NCBI GenBank assembly: GCA_934095845.1
Contig: CAKOKS010000003.1
Span: 5,217 to 69,216 of the forward strand
DNA: 64,000 bases
Direction: 5' to 3'
From: an uncultured Bacilli bacterium
GTDB lineage: Bacteria; Bacillota_I; Bacilli_A; RF39; UBA660
In this document: in pieces, positions 13,001-21,616 of the stretch
Position numbering within the stretch: the stretch's first letter is position 1
How the letters are laid out: the number at the start of each line of letters is the position of its first letter
Program-made: the position numbers and the translations under genes
The notes under the pieces: model-generated
The model's database searches: none
What the model saw: the letters and a program-made list of their open reading frames with translations, nothing else
Told to the model about the DNA's origin: nothing

Positions 13001-13866
13001 TAGCTAGCTTATCTTATGATTTAGGAGAAGAAACAATTGAAATGACTGCTAATTCAATTGGAAGTGTACAACTAACAATAAAGGCTGAAAGTGGGGTTAA
13101 TTACTCAAGTGCAGAATTAATAAAAACTGTTAACTTTGGATCAGTAATTGATTCAAATAGTACAGCTTTCCAATCAGCATTAGAAACTTGGGGTACAATA
13201 GGAACTGCTACAGATGCAAATTGGTATGGCTCAATGACTGATGGTTATAATTCTAATGGAGTATATACAATAATTGAAACTGTTAATACAAATAACTTCA
13301 CTGGATATTATTTTAGAGAAAAAGACGAAAATGGTAATTATGTTACTCCTAAATATAAAGATATTGCTTTAGAGTTTGAAATGACTAGTACCGATAGTGA
13401 TGATGATGCTATGGGAGTAATGATAAGATTTAATCCATCAACTACTAAAAATTATTGGTCAGGATATATGTTGTTATTAGATAAACATGATAATCCTGAT
13501 GGAATTGGAAATGGTGCTTACAATGGATTATGGAGAGCAAATAACAAGCAATTCTCATATAATGGATTAACTTCAAGTTCAAAATTAACAGTAAATTCAA
13601 GAGTTGTATGGTCTAGAAATAATTGGCAAAAATACCGTGTTCAAGTAAGTGATAATAAATTAACTGTTTGGAGATGGGAATTAAATTCTGCAGGAAGTTA
13701 TCCTATGGATAATGCTCACAAAATATTTGAATACACAGATAAATCTTCTAGTAAAATAAAAGAAGGGTCTTATGGATTCTGGTGTTATTCACAAGCTTAT
13801 GCACAATTTAGAAATTTTACAGCTATGACTACTTCTACAGATGAAATGGAAATTACTTTAGAATAA
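7087..13866 (+). CDS. giant membrane-anchored surface protein with tandem CHB_HEX_C-like / Ig-like repeats and a C-terminal jelly-roll (LamG/DUF1080-like) domain
   Basis: The ATG at 7087 follows AGGTGGTG. There is one TM helix (RRFILVLLLLFFLCNLVVFTF) and a T/K-rich linker. More than 12 repeats carry the pattern [EK]YS[LI]D.G..W..Y...F.V..N..I.A.A. Two BIG2-like modules are present. The C-terminal domain carries AMGVMIRFNP...WQKYRVQVSDNKLTVW. Confidence 0.85.
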   Translation: MSTNNLNEDRNFYLTLEGLTLKEAEEKLENNNIKNYKIKRNIDLSTKSGCISKIDLDDTLTLYVSERRFILVLLLLFFLCNLVVFTFNGTISTLFGTKAPVIKSESHEWSMNTLVSVNKDAIMKNELSYYEYCVTKSKNTLKCNWKRTDTKNIQVSVTGKWYVYFRAIDKKNVKSKISNREYVQIDNEAPIINDVSEQLTLNSIKLIVKAVDNHSGIDKYYYSLDGIDFIESKEEYVFENLSPNTEYEITIKVLDKLGNTVVYKKKIKTTSESSEENTTTTKKTTKKTNKKTTTKKTKTTSFPSKIDTPTIDLLDVPNVLEYKSSYNLPSHYSFGNSDGTVECHSGNQTVTNTNELSVGEHNIVCTATNKEGISVSVSKIVFVRITESNEENLDGWVWLNLYYPDESTDWEWKKIDENEIMSGDDLNWNPYTGPILVRIEDIDKIYIRYKLNGNEIIESKSGYYVDITPEKTSLQNGEETNVTINYSKNVDKIEYRINNGKWMDYQDIFTVSANTLITAKITYHENVYDSEGNILITKTKTKQVEAYIQATNEIVDAGKLDIKIYPSSKYINNSRKVTVTIDYDEDATSKYYQIDNGGWIPYTGPFQVAKESYIYATASGKRTIYQNGELKEFNVTGNKSLFLRDKYYEVYITSGKSQLDSTEKTSINIDTSYHADSVEYSLNGSDFQKYIGDFNVSANTLITARATFTLDNGEKLIVYSKKYIYEDKSSLRVRIRPSRYSVGGNEKTTINITTNYKADTIEYSLDNGKTYNKYTKSFTVEPSTFIIARSTKKNTDGSIQTTYDTRYIERDNVGLEIIPSAERALPNTSVTAKIITYYAVDKIEYSLDGTNYYEYKGSILIPAGQTIYAKATYGDKVTYTSTFIGVIKPSDSLEGPKITGNPSTTITSKTLITITPKEEADKIYYSIDFGQWKEYTDEFYVNKNVVIQAYYVRKSDGKTSKTSYYYVQNIHNGATPYVRIDASPSEYLYSDQDEVTVHISATDYDTLKYSLDGKIYEDYIDPIKIQTSTTIYAKATNKYGATIEKLRIRTKTPSKKIDNLLVSIMANPNENNLKGIINKTNIKLLYGKDVEKAYYKIGESGEWKEYTGEFEITKNTTIYAYVTSATGTGENAKQIDFLTDSIPEPIIKHTPTSLAESVSVSIEYSPNASKKKYKIDNGEWQDYTGSFTVTENSIITAYSEDVLGNNSQSTHEIDNITNFPRFTIIDMGDYYLIRLNYPTESLESEREYKWKENGTWRQYDKHGILLIKHDRASDIVTPNGVKIKDDQGNEVLVTDHYYILDSDILNIKEDLFMRWGTKKIDAPKIISSNEEITKELESTIVYNKRLVKKYYRIIDENNNDTGWLEYNKNIKITSNCVIYAKGEDKYGQASNIASLEITNIDSEEPIINVKGDLTSRKRIVNLFISAIDDQKIDTVRYAEGKQDIKYFEKTGININNNSNLKITKNGIYTIYALDSVGNETIKEVEVTNIVDKVTIEIDVLTKDLSDSVKVNIDYGESPIRKYKIGNSNTLEYNGTITLNSQDVKKYMNDDYSITIYAYGKDYDDSDIQAEETIYNLDLKIPEEPKIVSNGGYPILDNNGLSLSYVHQLKFDNRFDDVENYYSIDDGQTWQEYKKPFELLTGKILTKSVRKSSGLTVTSEILVELPNDAIKQSMFDGNILSGDVIEKNTYQLFKVSKLAYGLKTRIFNGNIVSDNAYIEIYDKNDTLLEKDNLIAKVNEFTIPEEASYVKIVAGDKDLEVNEIKIEIANESKSYPIIMVNDSNWTDNKTVSIKYFGNYKNEYSLDDGNTWITYEKPFEIDKKVTIIARSISDDVQVTSSVLKINKVKEDATLTLTNESVETGYSVKNAIVGYSYNGDAELEVISDDEKIATAQIEGNRINIIPGKIIGETTIKVKACGGTKYKDIIKTIKVVNKIYPVLEIENYTTSGKTIKIKYKYVGDGKVTSITTSNEAIASLSYDLGEETIEMTANSIGSVQLTIKAESGVNYSSAELIKTVNFGSVIDSNSTAFQSALETWGTIGTATDANWYGSMTDGYNSNGVYTIIETVNTNNFTGYYFREKDENGNYVTPKYKDIALEFEMTSTDSDDDAMGVMIRFNPSTTKNYWSGYMLLLDKHDNPDGIGNGAYNGLWRANNKQFSYNGLTSSSKLTVNSRVVWSRNNWQKYRVQVSDNKLTVWRWELNSAGSYPMDNAHKIFEYTDKSSSKIKEGSYGFWCYSQAYAQFRNFTAMTTSTDEMEITLE

Positions 13867-13878
13867 GGAGATGAAAAT

Positions 13879-14253
13879 ATGGATAAAAAGTTAAAAAAGA
13901 GAATTATAATTTTAAGTGTATTATTATTGATAATAATATTTTCACTTATTCTTTCAATATCATTTAGTAGTAAAAATAATTATAAATCCATTGCCTTAAA
14001 TAAAGTAAATATTGTTAATGTCAATATTGATGAAGCTGATGGTATATATACATATTCTTCAACTATAATTGCTAAAGAAGATATAACTTTAAATAGATTA
14101 AACATTATATTTAAAGACGAAGATGGAAATACAATCGAAAGTCTATTTGGATATATTAACAAATCTTTAAAAGAAAATGAGGAGTATAAAGTAGTTTCTT
14201 CTACTGATATTGACTTAACAAATGTTAAAGATATTGAATATACTTTGAATTAA
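13879..14253 (+). CDS. small N-terminally membrane-anchored protein, function unknown
   Basis: 124 aa with a single N-terminal TM helix. GGAG lies upstream, and the gene starts 12 nt after the giant gene ends. Confidence 0.5.
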   Translation: MDKKLKKRIIILSVLLLIIIFSLILSISFSSKNNYKSIALNKVNIVNVNIDEADGIYTYSSTIIAKEDITLNRLNIIFKDEDGNTIESLFGYINKSLKENEEYKVVSSTDIDLTNVKDIEYTLN

Positions 14254-14276
14254 TGAACCAATTTGGTTCATTTTTT
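14254..14276 (+). terminator. rho-independent terminator
   Basis: TGAACCAA pairs with TTGGTTCA in a hairpin, followed by TTTTTT. Confidence 0.6.
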
Positions 14277-14277
14277 C

Positions 14278-14306
14278 TTGACTAATAATAATCATTTTGT
14301 TATTAT
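14278..14306 (+). promoter_or_regulatory. sigma-A type promoter
   Basis: TTGACT (14278-14283), 17-nt spacer, TATTAT (14301-14306). Confidence 0.6.
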
Positions 14307-14307
14307 C

Positions 14308-14330
14308 TAAATGCAACTTATTTGCATTTA
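14308..14330. promoter_or_regulatory. perfect 9-5-9 palindrome (TAAATGCAA-cttat-TTGCATTTA), candidate operator
   Basis: Lies between the -10 box and the AGGAGG ribosome-binding site of the transporter/Fur-family operon. Confidence 0.5.
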
Positions 14331-14340
14331 GGAGGCTTTT

Positions 14341-15171
14341 ATGTTAGATGTTTTAAAGGATACAATTTTAGATACAATTAAATTAATACCATTTCTATTT
14401 GTAGCGTTTTTAATTATTGAGTTTATTGAACACAAATTAAATAATAAACAAGAAAATATCGTTGCTGCATCAGGTAAATTCGGACCCATTATTGGTTCAC
14501 TTCTTGGAGCAGTACCACAATGTGGATTTTCTGTTCTTGCAACTAATCTTTATATTACAAGAATAATTTCATTAGGAACTTTAATAAGTATATACTTATC
14601 CACTAGTGATGAACTTATTCCAATAATGATTTCTCATAATGCACCAATTCATAAAATATTGAGTATTGTTCTTATTAAAGTAATCATTGGTATGATTTTT
14701 GGAATATTAATTGATTTATTTATTAAAAAAGAAAAGAAAAGTAATTTTGTTTTATGTGAAGATGAAGAATGTGATTGTGAGCACTCAATAATAAAATCAG
14801 TAATTATTCATACATTAAAAATATCATTTTTTATATTCTTAATTACATTTGCAATTAATGCATTATTTGAATATGTAAATCTAGATTTTATATCTGCTTA
14901 TTTAAAAGGTAATAAAATATTAACACCATTCATTTCTTCATTAGTAGGATTAATTCCCAACTGTGCTTCATCTGTTATGATAAGTGAACTTTATTTAAAT
15001 AATTTAATTACTTTAGGCACAACCCTTTCTGGACTTTTAACTGGAAGCGGAGTAGCAATAATGGTACTTATACATAAAAATAAAAATATGAAAGAAAATT
15101 TATTTATTCTAAGTTTAATTTACTTTATCGGTGTTGCTTGTGGAATAATATTTAATTTATTAGGTGTATAA
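14341..15171 (+). CDS. polytopic membrane permease, putative metal transporter (ArsP_2 / 10TM heavy-metal exporter-like)
   Basis: About 8-10 TM helices with a central Cys/His/acidic loop, CEDEECDCEH. The family name is from memory. The gene is coupled to a Fur-family gene. Confidence 0.55.
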   Translation: MLDVLKDTILDTIKLIPFLFVAFLIIEFIEHKLNNKQENIVAASGKFGPIIGSLLGAVPQCGFSVLATNLYITRIISLGTLISIYLSTSDELIPIMISHNAPIHKILSIVLIKVIIGMIFGILIDLFIKKEKKSNFVLCEDEECDCEHSIIKSVIIHTLKISFFIFLITFAINALFEYVNLDFISAYLKGNKILTPFISSLVGLIPNCASSVMISELYLNNLITLGTTLSGLLTGSGVAIMVLIHKNKNMKENLFILSLIYFIGVACGIIFNLLGV

Positions 15172-15539
15172 TGGAACAAATATTAAAAGATCATAATTTA
15201 AAAGTTACTAAAAATAGATTATTAATTTTAGAATATATAAAAAAGAAAAAATATGTAACTTTAAATGAATTATTAGAATTAAACATTGATAAATCAACTA
15301 TATATAGAATTATAGATGTATTTGTTAACAATAATATAATTGATATAATAAATTTTGAAAACGAAAAAAAATATACTTTATCTCAAAAACATTTTCATAT
15401 TTTAAAATGTATTGTTTGTCATAATCAAACTGAAATAGATATGTGTCCTTTTGATAAAAGTAATTATAAAGATTTTATAATAACTAAACATTCGGTTATT
15501 ATTGAAGGAATATGTAAAAAGTGCCAACAAAAAAACTGA
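15171..15539 (+). CDS. Fur-family metalloregulator (Fur/Zur/PerR type)
   Basis: 122 aa. Has LKVTKNRLLIL and STIYRI (winged helix), plus two CxxC pairs (CIVCHN, CKKCQ). The start overlaps the upstream stop (TAATG). Confidence 0.8.
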   Translation: MEQILKDHNLKVTKNRLLILEYIKKKKYVTLNELLELNIDKSTIYRIIDVFVNNNIIDIINFENEKKYTLSQKHFHILKCIVCHNQTEIDMCPFDKSNYKDFIITKHSVIIEGICKKCQQKN

Positions 15540-15542
15540 TAT

Positions 15543-16265
15543 TTAATCAGTTTTTATTATGCTTTCTAAAGCTAGTATAATCATATTATCTAAATGTTTT
15601 TCTCTCATTTCTGGAGAAACAATTGTTGGGTCAAATTTTGAATCAACTATCGTAATAAGCATACTTGCTTGCTTTTCACATATTCTTGCAATATGAAATA
15701 TTCCAAAACCTTCCATCTCAGTTGAAAGTAATTCATCTTTTATCGGACAAGTGTTAATAATATGATCTATTGGAGTATATACATCAAAAACATCACTTGT
15801 TAAAGTTGGACCAACATGAATATCTATATTTAATTCATCAGCAGTTTTCTTAATTACATCATTCATTTCTTTATTTGATTCAATGAATTTATCAGTATAT
15901 CCTCCCCATTGATAAGCAATTGAAGATTCTGAATAAGCCCCAGTTGATAAAACGGTATCTAAAATATGAACATCACTTTTATCAGCACCAGCAGAACCAA
16001 TTCTAATAATTTTTTCAACATCATAAAACTTGTAAAGTTCATAAGCATATAAAGAAGCACTAGGGCATCCCATACCTGAACCAACAATACTTACCCGTTT
16101 TCCTTTATAATACCCTGTAAACGCATACATATTTCTTATTTTATTTACTAATCTTACATTAGTTAAAAATTTCTCAGCAATATATTTTGCTCTAAGAGGA
16201 TCTCCGGGAAATAAAACCAAAGGAGCTATATTTTCTTTTTCAGTCACTATGTGTACTGGTTCCAT
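15543..16265 (-). CDS. deoD: purine nucleoside phosphorylase, DeoD type
   Basis: 240 aa. Has GDPLRAKYIAE..., GSGMGCPS and TEMEG motifs. Confidence 0.9.
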   Translation of the reverse strand: MEPVHIVTEKENIAPLVLFPGDPLRAKYIAEKFLTNVRLVNKIRNMYAFTGYYKGKRVSIVGSGMGCPSASLYAYELYKFYDVEKIIRIGSAGADKSDVHILDTVLSTGAYSESSIAYQWGGYTDKFIESNKEMNDVIKKTADELNIDIHVGPTLTSDVFDVYTPIDHIINTCPIKDELLSTEMEGFGIFHIARICEKQASMLITIVDSKFDPTIVSPEMREKHLDNMIILALESIIKTD

Positions 16266-16354
16266 ATCATCACCATATTAATATTATCACATTTATGCTA
16301 TAATTTAATTATAAAAACGATTATTTTACGTATACTAAAAACGAGGTGAACTTA

Positions 16355-17623
16355 ATGGAATATAAAATCTATAATGCTGGTTCTTACAATATTCATACTA
16401 TAAAAACTGATAAATTTAAAACAATTAAACTTGATATAATATTAAGAAATAACTTTGATCCTAAAAATTCTGAATTAAGAAGTTTACTATTTGATATATT
16501 ATCTGAAAGCACAAAAAAATATAATACAAAAAGAAAACTTGCTTTAAAATATGAATCTTTATATAATGCAGTTTCTAACATTGATACTATGTTACTTGGT
16601 CAAATGATTTTAACAGATATATCTATTGAGTTTATAAATCCAAAATATACAAAAGAAGATTTTTTAGAAGAAGCAATAAAAATGCCTTTTTCTCTTTTGT
16701 TTGAACCAAATATAAATAATTATGAATTTGATGCCAAAACTATTTTATTATGTAAAAAAAGATTAATAGAAAAAATTGATTCTATCAAAGAAAATCCAAG
16801 TAGATATGCAATATTACAAGCATTAAAAAAGATGGATTCTACTTCTTTAACTTCAAGACCAATTCTAGAAAATAAAGACACTATAAACAATGCTACAAAC
16901 GAATCTTTATTAAAATTATATGAAGAAGTTTTAAAACATGATTATGTTGATATTTTTATAATAGGTGACTTTGATAATAATAAAATAGTAGATTTAATAA
17001 ATAAATATGCAGCATTTAAAACTATAAAAAATCATGAATTAAAAGTATATAATGAAAATAAAACAAGAAGATTACCTCTAAAAGTTAAAGAAAATTCTTC
17101 TAATAGCCAATCTCAATTAGTTGAAGTTTATAATGCCGTTAATTTAACTGATTATGAAAAAAAATATGTATTACCAATATATGATATGATTTTTGGTTCA
17201 TCATCTCTAGAGTCTAAATTATATAAAAATCTACGTACTAAAAATTCTCTTTGTTATGGTTTAATTTCATCTTATCAAAGATATGATAATATATTAGTTG
17301 TAGCTACTAGTTTAGATAAATCTAATGAAGAAAAAGCAATAAAATTAATAGATAAAACATTTAAAGAAATGACTACTTCTTTAAAAAAAGAAGAAATAAA
17401 AAGAGCAATTGATTTAAAAATATCTAGTTTAAATATGTTTATAGATTACCAAGGTAAAATACTTGAACTATATTTATTTAAATATTTAAATTTAGCTGAT
17501 GATTATGAAACAATGATAAATACATTTATGAATGTTAAAAAAGAGGATATTTTAGCTGTTGGAAAGAAAATCAAGAAAAACACTGTGTATATATTAACTG
17601 CTGGAGGTGAAGAATATGAATAA
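16355..17623 (+). CDS. M16-family (pitrilysin-like) peptidase, non-catalytic partner
   Basis: M16 architecture without an HxxEH motif. The ATG at 16355 follows GAGGTG; the track start at 16346 is a GTG. Confidence 0.75.
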   Translation: MEYKIYNAGSYNIHTIKTDKFKTIKLDIILRNNFDPKNSELRSLLFDILSESTKKYNTKRKLALKYESLYNAVSNIDTMLLGQMILTDISIEFINPKYTKEDFLEEAIKMPFSLLFEPNINNYEFDAKTILLCKKRLIEKIDSIKENPSRYAILQALKKMDSTSLTSRPILENKDTINNATNESLLKLYEEVLKHDYVDIFIIGDFDNNKIVDLINKYAAFKTIKNHELKVYNENKTRRLPLKVKENSSNSQSQLVEVYNAVNLTDYEKKYVLPIYDMIFGSSSLESKLYKNLRTKNSLCYGLISSYQRYDNILVVATSLDKSNEEKAIKLIDKTFKEMTTSLKKEEIKRAIDLKISSLNMFIDYQGKILELYLFKYLNLADDYETMINTFMNVKKEDILAVGKKIKKNTVYILTAGGEEYE

Positions 17624-18920
17624 AATATTTGTTGAAGGTCCAAATGAATATGTACTTCATGAGAAATTACCTAATGGACTTGATGTATATATGTTACCTA
17701 ATAATAAAGTTCAAACTTATTATTTAACTTTTTCAGCTAAATTTGGTTCAGTTATAACTGATTTTAAATTTGAAGGAGATAAGTCTTATAAACATATTCC
17801 AGCTGGTGTTGCTCATACTTTAGAACATTTAACATTTTATACAGAAGATGGAGATGCATCAACATTTTATGCTAATAATGGTGCTAAAAGTAATGCTTAT
17901 ACATCTACACATATAACTTGTTATGAAGTATTTGGATATAATAAATTTAAAGAAAATCTAGAATATTTATTAGATTATGTTCAAACACCTTACTATACAG
18001 AAAAAATGGTTAATGATGAAAAAGGTATAATAACTGAAGAAATAAAAATGTATGAAGATGATCCTGAAAGTGTCTTAATGAGTGCTGCAAATGAATGCTT
18101 ATATGTAAATGATAATAGAAAAAATTTAGTAACAGGAACAAAAAATGATGTTAAAAAGACAACCGTAAAAGATATAGAACTTGCTTATAATACATTTTAT
18201 TATCCAGCTAATATGTTTGTTTGTTTAACAGGTAACTTTAATCCAGATGAAGCTCTTGCTATTATAGAAGAAAATCAAGCAAAGAAAACATTTAAAGAAC
18301 AAAAGAAAATTATTGTTAAAAAAATAAGAGAACCTAAAAATGTAGCATGTTCTTATAAAGAAATAAAAAAAGATGTATCGATTCCAAAAACTGAATATGC
18401 ATTAAAAATTCCACTTTCTTCATTTACTAAAGCCGGGATTAATGAACAAACTCTGCTTACTGCTTTAAATATTATATTAAATATGAATTTTGGAAGTACA
18501 AGTTTATTTAGAGAACAGTTAGTTGATGGAAATATAATAAATGATGATTTAGTTTATTATGCAAGTGTATGTGGAAACTATTTAGTAATTGAATTTCTAT
18601 GTGAAACCCATTATCCAAAGAGATTTGCTAATTTATTAGAAGAAAAATTAAATAATTTAATTATTGATGAAGATGAGTTTAATAGCAAAAAAAGAGTTGC
18701 TATTTCTAATTTGATTTTAGTATTTGAAGATATTGAAAGAGCAAATGAATTTATATCATCAGGAATAATAAAACATAATGAAGTACCAACTTACTTATAT
18801 GATGTTTATAACTCTTTAAATATCAGCACTTTAAAAAATGTATGTAAAAAGATAAATACTAAAGTAAAAACTATAGTAGTAGTTAAAGAAAATAAAAAAA
18901 TTGATCAAAAAAAGAAGTAA
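17616..18920 (+). CDS. M16-family zinc peptidase
   Basis: HTLEH (inverted zincin HxxEH) is present. The ATG at 17616 follows GGAGGTG and overlaps the upstream stop. Confidence 0.82.
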   Translation: MNKIFVEGPNEYVLHEKLPNGLDVYMLPNNKVQTYYLTFSAKFGSVITDFKFEGDKSYKHIPAGVAHTLEHLTFYTEDGDASTFYANNGAKSNAYTSTHITCYEVFGYNKFKENLEYLLDYVQTPYYTEKMVNDEKGIITEEIKMYEDDPESVLMSAANECLYVNDNRKNLVTGTKNDVKKTTVKDIELAYNTFYYPANMFVCLTGNFNPDEALAIIEENQAKKTFKEQKKIIVKKIREPKNVACSYKEIKKDVSIPKTEYALKIPLSSFTKAGINEQTLLTALNIILNMNFGSTSLFREQLVDGNIINDDLVYYASVCGNYLVIEFLCETHYPKRFANLLEEKLNNLIIDEDEFNSKKRVAISNLILVFEDIERANEFISSGIIKHNEVPTYLYDVYNSLNISTLKNVCKKINTKVKTIVVVKENKKIDQKKK

Positions 18921-18961
18921 TTTGAACATTCTCTCCAATATATATAAGTGAGGAGGGAAAT

Positions 18962-19582
18962 ATGAAAGCAAAATTAAAGTATATAGTTGTAGCAGTTTTA
19001 ACACTTGTTGTAGTTGCTATTTATTTAGTAATAACTCAAAAAAGTTCAAATGTTGTTGTAGCAGAAGAAGTTGATTCAAAAGTAAAAGAAGAAATTAAAG
19101 ATACTTCTGAAAGCGTTTATGTTGATATAAAAGGATCTGTTAAGAAACCTGGAGTTTATAAAGTAGATAAAACATCTATAGTTAATGATGTTATTAAACT
19201 TGCAGGTGGATTTACTAAAAATGCCTATACAAAGAATATTAATTTAAGTAAACATGTAAGCGATGAAATGGTTATATATGTTTTTAATAAAAAAGATTTT
19301 ACAACAACAACAGAAAAAAATGAAGTTTCTTGTACAACTGAAGTAATTAACTATGATAATTGTATAACGACAACAAAAGAAGCAACTAAAAGTGATATAG
19401 TAAATATCAATACAGCATCAAAAGAGGAATTAATGGGCATTTCGGGAATTGGTGCAAGTAAAGCTGATTTAATAATTGCTTATAGATTAGAACATAAATT
19501 TTCAAAAATAGAAGATATAATGAATGTTTCCGGAATTGGAGAAAGTTTATTTGAAAAAATTAAAAAATATATTACAGTTTAA
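18962..19582 (+). CDS. comEA: competence protein ComEA (DNA receptor)
   Basis: N-terminal TM helix, an SLBB-like segment (VYVDIKGSVKKPGVY) and C-terminal tandem helix-hairpin-helix motifs (INTASKEELMGISGIG..., VSGIGESLFEKI). Confidence 0.85.
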   Translation: MKAKLKYIVVAVLTLVVVAIYLVITQKSSNVVVAEEVDSKVKEEIKDTSESVYVDIKGSVKKPGVYKVDKTSIVNDVIKLAGGFTKNAYTKNINLSKHVSDEMVIYVFNKKDFTTTTEKNEVSCTTEVINYDNCITTTKEATKSDIVNINTASKEELMGISGIGASKADLIIAYRLEHKFSKIEDIMNVSGIGESLFEKIKKYITV

Positions 19583-21605
19583 ATATATTTTTTTTATTGG
19601 CCTTTTATGTTCTATAATTTTATCTTTTGTAAGAATTGAAAATAAGAAAGTAAACATTTTATCCTCATTTGAAGGTGTATTAGAAGATTATAAAATAGAT
19701 GGTGATAAAGTAAGTTTTATTTTAAAAAACAAAAACAAATTAAAGTGTACTTATTATATTAGTTCTGAAGATGAACTAAATAATATAAAAAAATGGAATT
19801 TAGGAATAACTTTAAAAGTAGATGGTGAAGTAAGTTCTCCAAGTAATAATACAATACCTAATACCTTTAATTATTCTAAATATTTAAAATCAAAAAATAT
19901 TTTTAAAATTATGACTGTTCAAAACTATAAAGTTATTAACAAAAACTTATCATTTATATATAAGATAAAAAATAAAATTATAGAAAGAATTTCTAAATAT
20001 AAAAGTAATAATTACTTAAGTGCTTTTATTTTAGGAGATAAGTCATATTTAAAAAGTGAAACTAAAAGTATGTATCAAGATTTAGGAGTATCTCATATAT
20101 TTGCAATATCTGGAATGCACATTACTTTAATAACAACTATATTATTTTTTATGTTAAAAAAAGTAAAAGAAAATATTAAATATTTAATTATTATTTCTTT
20201 TCTAATAATATATGTTTTTTTAACAGGCTATCAAGCAAGCGTGTTAAGAAGTGTTTCTTTTTTTGTATTAAGTTTTATTAATAAAAAATATTTGTTAAAT
20301 ATTGATAAAATAAATTTATTTTTTCTTTCAATAACTTTACTAATGTTTATATTTCCTAATTTAGTTTATGATGTAGGCTTTCTTTATTCAACATCTATTT
20401 CATTTTCTTTAATAAGATTTTCATATCTTGTAAAAGGAAACTATATATTAAGTCTAATTATTATATCTACAATTTCTTTTTTAGTAAGTTTACCAATAAC
20501 TATAAATAATAATTATGAGATAAATATATTTTCAATTATAAATAATTTATTTATTGTTCCATATATAAGTTTACTTTTATATCCATTAAGTATATTAACT
20601 TTTTTTATATATCCACTTGATGGGTTAATGTTAATATTTTCAAATATTGTTGAAGACATTTCAAAATATCTAATTAATTTTCAATTAGTTGTACCTAAAA
20701 TACCAATAATAATAATTATTATTTATTATAGTTGCTTATATATTTTCTTTTCTACTTATAAAAAACATTATTTATTATTTGCAGTACTTATAATATTTAT
20801 TAATAAAAGTTTGTATATATTAGATAATAATATGTATATTTACTACATAGATGTTTCTCAAGGAGATTCAACTTTAATAAAATATAAAAATGAAGCAATT
20901 TTAATTGATACTGGAGGTAAGGTAAGTTTTAAAACTGAAAAGTGGAAACAGAAAACAAAATACTATATAACAGACTCAACTATGTTGTTTTTAAAAAGCA
21001 TAGGAATAACAAAACTAAATACACTTATTACTACTCATGGTGATTATGATCATATGGGGGAAGCATCAAACTTAATTAATAATTTTAAAGTTGATAAAGT
21101 TATCTTTAATTGTGGAACTTATAATGATTTAGAGAGTAATCTTATAAATCTTTTAAAAGTAAAAAATATAGATAACTATACTTGTATAAAAGAATTAAGT
21201 TTAAAAGGTCATAAATTATATTTCTTACAAACAAAAGAATATGATAATGAAAATGATAATTCAAATGTAATTTATTTTAAATATAATAACTTTAAATTTT
21301 TATTCATGGGAGATGCAGGAATTAACAAAGAAAAAGACATTATAGAAAAATATAACTTATCTAATATTGACGTTTTAAAAGTAGGACACCATGGATCTAA
21401 GACAAGTAGTAGTGAATATTTCATTAATGAGATAAAACCAAAATATTCTATCATTAGTGTTGGTAAAAATAATCGTTATGGACATCCGAATAAAGAAGTA
21501 ATAAATAATCTAGAAAACACAAAAATATATAGAACTGATAAAAATGGAACTGTTATGTTTAAAATTAAAAACAATAAATTAAAAATTAAAACATATAAGT
21601 CATAG
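19524..21605 (+). CDS. comEC: DNA internalization competence protein ComEC/Rec2
   Basis: Polytopic competence domain plus a C-terminal metallo-beta-lactamase domain (HGDYDH, VGHHGS). The start is uncertain: the only in-frame ATG overlaps comEA by 59 nt. Confidence 0.85.
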   Translation: MFPELEKVYLKKLKNILQFKYIFFIGLLCSIILSFVRIENKKVNILSSFEGVLEDYKIDGDKVSFILKNKNKLKCTYYISSEDELNNIKKWNLGITLKVDGEVSSPSNNTIPNTFNYSKYLKSKNIFKIMTVQNYKVINKNLSFIYKIKNKIIERISKYKSNNYLSAFILGDKSYLKSETKSMYQDLGVSHIFAISGMHITLITTILFFMLKKVKENIKYLIIISFLIIYVFLTGYQASVLRSVSFFVLSFINKKYLLNIDKINLFFLSITLLMFIFPNLVYDVGFLYSTSISFSLIRFSYLVKGNYILSLIIISTISFLVSLPITINNNYEINIFSIINNLFIVPYISLLLYPLSILTFFIYPLDGLMLIFSNIVEDISKYLINFQLVVPKIPIIIIIIYYSCLYIFFSTYKKHYLLFAVLIIFINKSLYILDNNMYIYYIDVSQGDSTLIKYKNEAILIDTGGKVSFKTEKWKQKTKYYITDSTMLFLKSIGITKLNTLITTHGDYDHMGEASNLINNFKVDKVIFNCGTYNDLESNLINLLKVKNIDNYTCIKELSLKGHKLYFLQTKEYDNENDNSNVIYFKYNNFKFLFMGDAGINKEKDIIEKYNLSNIDVLKVGHHGSKTSSSEYFINEIKPKYSIISVGKNNRYGHPNKEVINNLENTKIYRTDKNGTVMFKIKNNKLKIKTYKS

Positions 21606-21616
21606 AAAGGAGTAAT

